Shown here in pieces: positions 41,282-52,230 of a DNA stretch of 64,000 nt; within the stretch, counting starts at the first letter, position 1, and each line of letters opens with the position of its first letter. This stretch comes from Oikopleura dioica. Its lineage: Eukaryota; Animalia; Chordata. The notes under the pieces are model-generated. The model made no database searches. It was not told where the DNA came from and worked only from the letters and a program-made list of their open reading frames with translations. The translations under genes were made by a program, and so were the position numbers. Location of the stretch: contig OU015567.1 in NCBI GenBank assembly GCA_907165135.1, positions 14,260,001 through 14,324,000 of the forward strand, given 5' to 3'.

Positions 41282-41572
41282 AATATTTTTCTGTTCAAAG
41301 CTATCAATTTCAAATTGTCTTTGTATTCTCAATACGTGCTGTAATAGAAAAAATACATTTGCACAAACATTTGTGTGTCGCTCTTTTCGCTCTTGAATGT
41401 CAACACCTTCATTTCTCAATACTTGAATCATTTCCGAATACATCTTCAAAATAGCCCCACAAAAAGGGCTTGAATTAATATAGCAGCTGGAAAACGTTTA
41501 TTTTCAGACATTAGTCTTCGGCTTATTTCTTCAACCCCGCATACCCTCCAACACTCACCAAAACACTCAAAA

Positions 41573-42621
41573 ATGAATAGTTTTTCTGGCAATAAATTCG
41601 CACTCTTGCGTTCGGACGATGACGAACCGCAAAGCTTTGATGATCCGGCAATCATCAGCAACTCTTACGGCAGGTACGGCAGCCGTTTTAACTGTGAGTC
41701 GAGTTGGCTTCATTTCGCGCATTTGAAATTCTCGAGGCGTTTTCTGAAATGATTTTTAGCCCAGATGCTGGGTATATTATGAGCGATCATAATCCTCTGG
41801 AGCATCCTTACACCTTCTGGATTTCGAAACGGAAGTCAGTTCTCAAAGGCAAGAACTACAACGATTGTATGAAAGATATTGGCACGGTCTACACCGTCCA
41901 AGAATTCTGGAAACTTTACAGCTTTATGAAACGACCGAGTAAGATTGACGATTCGTGTGATCTTATGTTGGTAAGTTCTTCGTCCCTTTTGACAGGATGA
42001 TTAAATTGACTTTAGTTTAAACGAGGCATTCGCCCTCTTTGGGAAGAAAGTGCTAACAAAGATGGCGGACGATGGACTCTTCGTGTCCGACGTCACAGTA
42101 CCGATAGGTAAGTCTTTCCTTCACCTTTCAAAGAACTCGATTCATCAATTTAGATATTGGGAGAACTCCATCATGGCAATGGTTGGAGAGCAATTTCTCG
42201 TCGGCGACGAACTCTGTGGAATCGTTCTTTCGCTCCGCAATCCTTGGGATCAGGTATTAATTCATCAGATGTCTCAAGAGTTTGATCAAATTGATAGCTT
42301 TCTATCTGGCACCGAAATGCTGCAGACAAATCTGCTGTCAAGAAGATTTCGGACTCGCTTAGAAGAATTTTGAATTTCGGGAATGGCGCCAACGGCCCAC
42401 AGATGGACTACAGGTAGTCAGACTTTGTTACATCCATTCTCAAGCTTGATCACTTCAGACCGCACAACGAAACTTTGAATAAGGCAGAACAGAGAAGAAC
42501 AAGTCGCGATGAACGACGCCGAAATACCTCAAGCGACCAAGTAAGCTCAATTTTTGCAATCAAGGAAGACTAACTTTTATCTCTCTTTTTTCAGGACAGT
42601 GAAGACAAATCTTCAAGTTAA
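41573..42621 (+). CDS. EIF4E2: Class II eIF4E (4EHP)
   Basis: MNSFSGNKFALLRSDDD; HPYTFW with Tyr at the W43 position and NYND at the W56 position (class II signature); FKRGIRPLWEESANKDGGRW; WENSIMAMVGEQFLVGDELCGIV. Confidence 0.9.
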
Positions 42622-42807
42622 CACGAATGTAAAACGTTGAAAGATTACACTGTGCGACACAATATATTCTGTTCACTGAGGCTCTGTGCGAAGAGAGTAC
42701 TCAAACAATGATATAAATGATACGCACTTAAACATGTTAGAATAAGTCTCAATCTCCTCTCTTTCATTTCTTTCAAAAGCGAAGCAATTTACTTTCAAAA
42801 GGAAAAA

Positions 42808-45305
42808 ATGACTTCTTTTATGGCCATTTCGGTAACTCTCGAATTTAATTTACGATTGTTTGATCATTATTCAAAACGGGAGCGCCGGCGCTAGAGCGGG
42901 ATCAACTCAAAATCTAACGGAAGATATCAACGATCTCAATGATCAATTTAATTTTTTACCTTTAATAGAGAGCTTTTTTGGTTCTGATGAAATTTAAGTT
43001 TTTTGAGAGAAATTCAATCCTTCCGAATATAATAGAGGTACCGTTATATTTATTGAGAATTTGAAATAGAAACGAGCCTTGATTATTTATTAACTAAATT
43101 ATCGTGACATGAATAAAGTCTTCAGGATTTTAGTATATTTAGATTTAGTTCATTTAGTTTAATCTTTTAATTCAAACAGGCGAGTTAAAAAGTTCAATCT
43201 TTGCTCGATATTATGGCACGCCGTAAAGTTGTCTAATGTCCACTTTGTGTTTTTACGAGACCATTTACGGAGAACAAAATAACCCGATGATTTGCCCCTT
43301 TTGTTACGTTTTCTTCCGGTGATTCAAGGAAGATGACGATAATCTCTACCGCAGTCAATATTTTTCGAACTTTGCTCGATTTTCCGATTTTGACAAAATT
43401 TGCGCTGCGGTCGCTACCAATAAAAAGCTCTCTTTTAGATTTTATGGCATGCTGCGAACATATTCATCTTTGTCTGGTTTTTCCTCAAGTATCATCACGG
43501 AGACGAGTGGTTTTACTTGCGGAAGATTGTCGGTCCTTACTTGGCTTTAGCAAGAGCACCGGCTGCCGTTTTAAATTTTAATTGCTGTCTCGTTCTTCTT
43601 CCAGTTTGTCGGAATCTGCTCGTTTTCCTACGATATGTTTTCGGCTGTTCCAGGCAACGATGTTATCTCTTTAAAAAAGCGTATCTTCAAATACCTAGCT
43701 GTATTTGAGCAGCCATAAATTAACACCGAAACCAAGACGTATCAAAGCGCTTTTCGATCATAATATCAAAATGCACAAGAAGTGTGCATACATGATCGCT
43801 TTAATGACCTTCGTACACCTCCTCGCTCATCTCTTCAACGTCAAACTGCTAACAGAAAGTCACGAATCAACGGATCCACTGATTCAAGCGCTGAACAAGT
43901 TGGAAGACCCGTACCTGAATCCAATCCGATCCTCAGACGTCGACCTGATAATTTCAGTCTTTGTCCTTTTTGGCGGATGGACGGGAGTCATCATCACAAT
44001 TGCTCTGATTGTAATTATAACAGCAGCAACAGAAACGATCAGGCGCTCGTTCTTCGAAATATTCTGGTACTGCCACCACCTCTTCGTTATTTTCTACGCA
44101 TTCTTACTCATTCATGGACTGAAGAAGCAAATACGCGGGCAAACAAATATCGACGAGCATAATCCGCAAAACTGTTCGCTTGTGCCAGAAGAGTGGAGCG
44201 ACAATTCTGTTGAGTGTCCAACGCCATTATTTGCCGGAAGTGATCCTGGAACATGGAAGTGGGTGATTGGACCTGTTCTGCTTTATTTCTTCGAAAGAAT
44301 TATCCGATTGTCCCGTTCTCTCAATCCAGCGCAAGTTGTAAAAGTTATCTTCCATCCTTCAAGAGTCATTGAAATCCAAATGCATCGACAACGGTGAGTT
44401 CATCAAAAACTGCTTTCGTTATTAACCTTTTTAGTTGGTGCTTTGGAAAGAATAAAAATGAAGTCGGAGAGTACGTTTTCCTCAACTGCCGGGAACTCGC
44501 CTTCTTGGAGTGGCATCCATTCACTCTCACGTCTGCTCCAGAGGAAGACTTCCTTTCCGTTCACATTCGATCCGCTGGAGACTGGACAAACAATCTCTAT
44601 GATTTGTTCTCCAAGCGACTTGAATCTGGGGATATAACGAATGCACCGAGAATCGCTATCGATGGTCCTTTCGGAGCTGCTAGTCAGGTTTTTCAGCTCA
44701 CTGAGGATAACGGTTTAATCTTGCTTGACTTAGGATGTCTTTGATTATGAGATATCTATTTGTGTTGGCGCTGGAATAGGCATTACTCCTTTTGGAAGCC
44801 TTCTGAAGTCCGTGTATTACAAAAAGGCGAATGGGATTCCGATGAAGTTGGAAAAAATCTACTTGATTTGGATCTGCCCGACTTACAACTCGTTCGAATG
44901 GTTCTCTGATCTCGTCTCAAAGCTGACTGAAAAACTCGAGTCTATCGACCAACTTGATGTTCTCGACTTGAGGATCTATCTGAGCCGCGGCTGGGACGAT
45001 AAATTCGCAAGAGTAAGGATAATTTTCTTTTTCTATTGGCTGTTTCTAGATGCTTTGTTTAGAAAATACTGATAGAACAAGAAGAAGAGTCTGAATTTGA
45101 TCCGGTCACAGGCCTGAGGCAAAAGACCAATTACGGTCGGCCTGATTGGTCGAAGCTGTTTTCTGAATTCAGCAAAAAGCATCACGGAAGAACTAACGGA
45201 GTCTTCGTTTGTGGCCCGAAGGTCATCTCTACGCAGCTGAGAGAGAACTGTATAAAATACACTGACGGCAGCACAAAATTTGTATTCAATAAAGAAAACT
45301 TCTGA
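42808..45305 (+). CDS. NADPH oxidase NOX-A (NOX1-4 type, no EF hands)
   Basis: ARAPAAVLNFNCCLVLLPVCRNLL; heme His pairs (MHK..VHLLAH; YCHH..LIHG); FAD HPFTLTS; NADPH VGAGIGITPF, CGP, FNKENF*. First exon MTSFMAIS (42808-42831) is inferred from phase match; one GC-AG intron. Confidence 0.93.
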
Positions 45306-45352
45306 ATCGCAAAAATTTATTTTTCAATTCAAACATGAATTTCGGGGATTAA

Positions 45353-45371
45353 ACTTTTCGTCTTTTTATAG
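45353..45371 (+). promoter_or_regulatory. Outron/trans-splice acceptor immediately before the PSMA7 ATG
   Basis: CTTTTCGTCTTTTTATAG|AATG lies in a 67-nt spacer after the NOX-A stop, with no upstream donor available. Confidence 0.6.
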
Positions 45372-45372
45372 A

Positions 45373-46369
45373 ATGCCAGCATACGATAGAGCTATTACTA
45401 TTTTCTCCCCCGACGGGCATCTTTTCCAGGCAACGAGTTTACATTTTCGCGTTATTTGAAGCGCTAAATCTTTTGTTTTCATATGTGATTAGTAAAAACT
45501 CCTCGATCAGGTCGAATACGCTCAGGAAGCCGTCGAAAAGGGTGCCACTGCCGTCGCCGTTCGTGGCGATGATGTGGTCGTTCTCGGAGTTGAGAAAAAG
45601 GCCACCCAGAAGCTTCAGGAAGACCGAACAGTCAGAAAAATCTGCTCCATCGGTAAAATGATCGCTTTTTAGTTCGCTTTTCATAGGAAAATTTGTTTAG
45701 ATAACCACATCGCGCTTGCTTTCGCTGGTCTGACCGCGGATGCGCGAGTTATGATTGATCGAGCTCGAACGGAATGCCAGCAGCATCGACTTACTGTTGA
45801 GGATGCTGTCACAGTTGAATACATTACCCGATCACTGGGTAAGTTCTTTTCAAGTTGCATTATTTAAATTATATTTTAGCAAATTTAAAGCAGAAATACA
45901 CCCAGTCCAATGGCCGACGTCCCTTCGGCCTTTCCTCCCTTATCGTTGGCTTTGACCCCCACACTAACGCCGCCAAGCTCTTCACAACCGATCCCTCTGG
46001 TACTTATTCCGAATGGAAAGCCAACGCCATCGGCCGAAGCTCCAAGACTGTACGAGAGTTTCTCGAAAAGAATTACAACGAAGAAGGTGTCCCAGGTAAT
46101 GATCTACAGCGCACATAAAGTTGAGCCTATTTTAATCAACGTTTTCAGAAAACGACGCGCTTAAATTAGTCTGCCAGGCTCTTTTGGAAGTCGTCCAGAG
46201 CTCGTCTAAAAATATTGAACTCGCGATCATGCGACCAAACTCGCCCCTCGAAGTCGTTCCACTCGAGAAAGTCACCAAGTTGGTCGAAGAGATCGAAAAA
46301 GAAAAGGCCGAAGAAGCTGAGAAGAAGAAGCAGCAACGAGCTGCGTCCAAGGCCGCCCGCGACTCCTAA
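45373..46369 (+). CDS. PSMA7: Proteasome subunit alpha type-7
   Basis: [16 protein letters not shown]|[61 protein letters not shown] and a charged tail. Confidence 0.96.
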
Positions 46370-46602
46370 ATTGAGAATAGAATTTTTCACGACTCGCCCC
46401 TTTCTTTGATCCACTTTACATGTATTTTCGTGGCAATGTACTTTTGATACTGTTGTCAAGTTCAACCTTACAGATACACCAACCGCTCTTATACAGAATA
46501 AAGAGTTTTAGCTGAAGTTTTAACATGTCCCTCGTTGTTGTGATGAATCATATTTAGAAATCGCATCAATTTCCATTCGAATGGGAATCGTAAGAAAAGA
46601 CA

Positions 46603-48628
46603 ATGGGACTTGAAAGAGAGAGGCGTTTTCAGCTATCGTTTTTGATAACTGGCGGCTGGATTCTAGCAAACATTGCATGCTTTACTTTTGAGTATTTCAA
46701 GCTCAAGCAAAGGTTAATTTTTCAATCTTGAATGAATGTTCAACCTTTTTCTTCAGAGAAGAGTATTTCTACACACGAGAGCTTTTCGGACAATCAATTT
46801 TATTCTCCCGCGGAGCTGCTCAAGCAATTAACTTCAACGTCTCCATTCTTTTATTCACAGTATGCCGAAACCTAATCGCCTTTCTCCGCGGGATTCTTCC
46901 ACAAGGCTTCGGTTTTCTGTTCGACAACGCAATTTATGTTCACAAACGCCTTTCTTACGCCATTATTCTTTGGTCCCTCGCTCACATCGGTGCGCATTAC
47001 TACAACTTTTTACACAACTATGCCGCTTTTACCGCTCCAGATTCGCTTATTTCTCATCAACTTGTCATTCATGGAAATCTTTCATTGTTCAAAACTAATC
47101 CTGCCGAGCTTGCGATGGAGATTTTCTTCCTTCAAGCCGGGACAAGTGGAATTTTACTGACCTTGGTATTCTTCGTTGTCTTCACTTCTTCCGCCGAGCC
47201 AATTCGCCGCTCGTTTTTCAACTTGTTCTACTACCTTCATCACTTCACTTTTCTCATCTTTCCACTTCTTTACTGGCATGGAAACGGGCGCGCTGTCAAA
47301 AGTCAAATTAACATGCAATTTCACGACCCAGAAGTTTGTTCCTTGCCAATCAACTCCGACAATTGGAATCAACCAGGCTCGCTTTGCCCAGAGCCGGCCT
47401 TTCAGGGCTTCTCTTCGCAATCATGGAAATGGTTCATCGCTAGTGTCGCTTTTTATACGATCGAGTTGATCATCCGCTTCTTTCACTTTCTATGGCCAGT
47501 CGATTACGTCTCCCACGAAATTCTACCCTCAGATGTTCTACAACTAAAAGTTCGAAAGTCGACGCTTTCTTTGCGAAAAAATGCTCATTTCATCGGCCAG
47601 TACGTTTACGTAAAACTCCCTAGCATTTCCATCTTTGAATGGCATCCATTCACCCTGACCTCTGCACCCGAAGATGATTTCCTCCAAGTCCACATTCGTT
47701 CCGTTGGCGACTGGACGCAAAATGCCATCCGACTGTTCAAGGAAAACCAGGCAATACCGAAAATAATCATAGATGGTCCCTATGGAGCGCCAGCGCAGGG
47801 CCTGGACGAATTCCAAACGATCATTTGCGCAGGCACGGGCATTGGTACGTATAATCAATCGGCAAACTGCCCCATTGAAGATGCACCTCCCTGACTTTTC
47901 CGAGCCGTGTCGTTTTCACCGTTGTTTTTGAGATTTCGAATCTCCAACGGTCACTGCTCGAGGAGAAAGCTCGCTACGTGGCACTGTCTAACAGAGCAGA
48001 TTTTTTCCTCCCGGGAGACAAGCAGAAAATTTATTTTATTTTTAAGGCATCACACCCTTCGCCTCTTATGTGCGCTCAGCGATGATCAGGAAGCTAGAGA
48101 GCCGGATATATTTCGTCTGGATTGCGCCTAAGATGGATTGCTTTGAATGGTTTGATGAGCTTTTGAGCCAAGCTGAGGGCAAAGTCCCTTTTTTACGGGT
48201 GATGATATTTCTAACACTCTCGAATATGGACCCTGCAACTGCACAGGTACATAAAGAAGAGATAAAGTTTTAGCCACAGACAGTGAGTGCGTTTATAGCT
48301 AGTTTGAGTTACGCATGAGTACTTACGTAACAGTCAGTGTCCTCGTATTTCCTAACCTTGAATCATGGTTAAATTTCTGACGTTTTAGGACGTGATTTAC
48401 GCCGACCTCAACTCCTCAGGGGGCAACAACAATAAGTCACCGTTGCGCAAAAACTATGGCCGTCCCAACTGGGATAAGATTTTCGACGAGGTCGCCTCCA
48501 CCAACCAGAACGCCAACGTCGGCGTTTTCACATGTGGACCGAAGCCGTTTACCAACGAGCTGAGAGAGATTTCAAGGAAAAAGTCGACTGACCACATCGA
48601 GTTTACCTTTTTCAAAGAGAACTTCTAG
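46603..48628 (+). CDS. NADPH oxidase NOX-B (NOX1-4 type, no EF hands)
   Basis: SRGAAQAINFN..VCRNLI; His pairs (VHK..AHIGAH; YLHH..YWHG); HPFTLTSAPE; GTGIGITPF; CGP; FFKENF*. Three introns. Confidence 0.93.
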
Positions 48629-48967
48629 CGCTTTCAAAATGTATTATTTCTGTATTTAAGTTATGCCTTTTATGAGTATTTACCTATCAGTTCAATCGAT
48701 TCCGCCTAATCAATACGAACTCTCCCGCGAGAGCCATAAATTAACCGCAATTTACTTTCAGAATTGTTAATGAGCGGCGACGGACAAGGGTCGGGTCAAA
48801 TCCAGAGTACAGAATCTTCGGCTAGATTTTCTCTCGCTTAAATACCAGAAGTGTCAACCTCGGACATAGCCGTGCCCCGAGGATAGCGTTATTGTTTTGT
48901 AGAATAAGCAGATATAGTCCTCAGTCGGTTAGAGAGATATTTTGAGACCTGAGGAACAGTTAAAAAC

Positions 48968-49699
48968 ATGAACACAATGACCGAACTCGAAAAATCATGG
49001 AGTGAGTACAAATATGTCGTCGTCCACGCCGACGCGCTCATCAACACGCCCGATGTGATCAAGACCACTGGCACCCACGCCGCTATCTATTCGGTTATCT
49101 ACGCCATCTTACTCCTCTGCAAGGTAAAATCAAAGTTCACCAAACCTCTCCCTAACTGATTTCTCTTTCTAGCCATCTGTCTTGACGCTTGTATCAATCT
49201 TTTTGGCCTTTGGTCTCGTCATTGATACCTTTATCAGCACTTTCAACCAAAAGGTAACGAATATCTCCGAACCAAGATTTATTGTTTCTTTAGGTTTTTG
49301 CTGGAAAGCCTTTGAGCGAAAATCAGGAAGGTCGATTCAGCGAAATCTGTTCCAACTTGAGCGGTTGCACATCATGCCTCTCTTCCACCATTCAATGTCT
49401 TCAGAAACAACGAGTAAGATCGAAATACACTTTCGTATTTTATCATCCAATTCAGGCTGATACTCCCATCAAATTCCTCTCGTACGCTCTTCCTATCCTC
49501 GCCGCGACCGCTTACCTCGGCAGAAAGTGCTCCATCATCTCCTTGATCTGGATTGCTCTCATGATCAAATGCACTCTCAGAATCCCCGAAGTTCAGCAAA
49601 AGGTAAACAACTCTCCTCGCTCCCCTTGTTAGTCCGTTTATTTAGGTCAACATGGTCAAGGACAAAGTCTCTGGTATGTTGCAGAAGAAGCAGAAGTAA
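48968..49699 (+). CDS. ARL6IP1: ARL6IP1-like ER-shaping (reticulon-like) protein
   Basis: ELEKSWSEYKYVVVHADAL, PSVLTLVSIFLAFGLVID, QEGRFSEICSNL and a C-terminal QKKQK* match the ARL6IP1 pattern. Confidence 0.85.
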
Positions 49700-50223
49700 A
49701 TGACAAAAAAATCAACTTTGCACTCCTTCACACGCGTCTACCAGACTTGCCACTTGATTCGATAATAAAAATAAAATTTTATACTTCCTGAACTGTTCAA
49801 TCGTACACATGTTCCTTGCATTTTATCCGAGCAAAACATCTTCGTTAATAAATTTGTCACAAGTTTATAATAGACACCGTAGTACCTAAAATCACTGATA
49901 GAAAACAGCAAAAATATTATGTTCGAAACGCGTTCTCCTTGTTGTCTCCAGGCTGGGACGGCAGCTCACTCACCCACCCACTACCCATAATAGCGTGTAT
50001 TTGCCTAGCGTTATTTTTCATGAATTTTGACAGCACACAGCGAATTTCCTAAATCATAAATTCTTCAGTCACAAACTCACTGCGTATTTAATCCATCTGT
50101 CTTTCAAATGTTCTACAAGTTTCAGCTGAAATATCAAAAATATACTGTTGATAGGAAAATCATGAAATGACGAGACTGATTTTAAGAATAAAAGTTCGCC
50201 CCAATCGTGATTGAAAGCAAAGT

Positions 50224-50599
50224 ATGAACAGCATCGACGTGAAGTGTAATAAGGCAAAGGTGAGAGAAGAGCCCTTGCGTGAATTATTGACGACCGTAAA
50301 ATTCTAGTGGGCTTACGACGAGTGCTTCAACGAGTGGTTTCGAAAAGAGTTCATTGCTGACAAGCAGAAGAAATTCCCAGAAGGTTACGTTCCGTGCGAG
50401 AAATTGCTTGAAACTTATCAGGCGTGTACTAAGGACGAGCTTGCCAAGTTTGGTGCTGATCTGAGGTAGAGAATAATTAACGTCGAAAAGTTTTCACGCT
50501 TTTTTCAGCGAAACGCGAGAAGCAGTGCTAGAAGCGCGAGCAGCGGACGTCAAAGAAGCAGAAGAGCGCCGCGCCAAGTTCTTTCAAAAGAAGGAATAA
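50224..50599 (+). CDS. TRIAP1: TRIAP1/Mdm35 twin CX9C mitochondrial IMS protein
   Basis: MNSIDVKCNKAK|WAYDECFNEWFRKEF..PCEKLLETYQACTK. Confidence 0.85.
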
Positions 50600-50624
50600 A
50601 CGTACACTAGAAAGCACAGTTCTT

Positions 50625-52045
50625 ATGCCAGTCCTATCGAGCTTGAACCTGATCCTCATCGGGATCTTCGTTCGGCTCAGTTGTCTGTGTTTGCTTGAAT
50701 ACTCGGAGAGACTTTTTCAAATACCGCTCACCGATGTCGACTATTATGTATTTTCTGACGCATCCGCATTTGTTAGCAAGGGTCAATCGCCATACAAGAG
50801 GTTCATTTCCAAGATCAATTAATCCAAGCAATAACTCTTCTTGTTTTCAGGCATACCTATCGTTACACGCCATTGCTAGCCTACGCTCTCTTACCAGGAT
50901 AGGTTTCAGATTCAGTTCTTTCAGCAAATATTCAGTCAGGAATTGATCAAAAACCGGCAAAAAGTTACCTCGTTTCCGCCCTTCGGCAAACTGCTCTTTA
51001 TTCTATTTGACCTGATTTCCGCTGGTCTTATCCTCAAAATATCCGGACAAACTGCAGCTCTTCTCTATTTATTTAACCCCCTGACGATTGGCATCGCCGT
51101 CCGTGGAAATGCTGAACCTATCATGTACTGGTCATTTTGTAAAGTAGAAGCTTTTATTTTCGTTTTTAGCGGGGCATTTACGATTCTTTCGATAGCGATG
51201 CTTGAAAATATCCCAATAAGTGCCATTCTTCAAGCTATTAGGTAAAACATTCTTGGGAACCATTTTTCTTCAGTGTTCTAGTGTACATTTAAAAACATAT
51301 CCCGCTCCTTGGGCACTGACAGTTTGGCTCTACTACGCCGACAAGAAACTCTTCGGCTTTCTTCCTTACAGCAAAAAGGGAATTCTTTATGGAATCATCT
51401 CAGCTTGTACATTTGTATCTTTATCCTGGCTGAGCTACTCCCTTTATCAAGAAGAATTTCTGGAGCATGCTCATCTTCACCACCTATCTAGACAAGACAC
51501 TAGACATAATTTTTCAGTAAGAGCCAATCCCTTTACAAGAGAATAACATCTCTCTCTCTTAGATTTGGTTTCTGTCCTTTTATCTGATGGACGGAAACTC
51601 GCCATATGGATTTCTGTGCTTTCTCCTCCAACTCGCTCTATGCCTTCTCATTTCGTTCAAGTTTTCCAGCGACCCCTTCTTCGCCTCATTCTTACAGACG
51701 TTTGTGTTCGTTACATTCAACAAAGTAATTACGTCCCAATACTTCATTTGGTACTTATCGCTGCTACCTCTCGTTATCAAGAACTTGAAAATGTCCTCTT
51801 TACGAGTGATGTCCTTATCAGGTATTTCGTGCTAAATCTGCCCTCTCTTAATTTATTTTCTAGCTCTCTGGTTCGGAAGCCAGGGCCTTTGGCTGCTCCC
51901 AGCGTATTTCTTTGAGATGGAAGGGCGCGATTCTTTCCTCTGGATGCATTCTTCAAGCATTGTGCATTTTGCCACCAATATCTTCATAGCCTGTCAAATT
52001 ATAACTCACTATCAACCTAAACATGCAAAAATAAAAGTCAACTAA
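50625..52045 (+). CDS. PIGM: GPI mannosyltransferase 1
   Basis: [98 protein letters not shown]. Confidence 0.93.
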
Positions 52046-52230
52046 TCAAAAGAAACGAAGCGCGGTACTCATCATCTGTCTGAGCGCCCCAGCGGTTTAT
52101 ATTTACAAATTTTATTATATTTTCATTTGTAGCGTCTGGTAAGATTATGAACTGTTGCAAGTTTTTCTTTTATCGTTTTGACTAGCTGTACAAAAGACGC
52201 AATATTTTAATGTTTTATAAATAGATTTCG

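Noticed and set aside
9032-42621. Co-location of mRNA-repression genes (CNOT1, TDRD5-like, EIF4E2)
   Set aside because: They are separated by unrelated genes; in such a dense genome this is plausibly coincidence.
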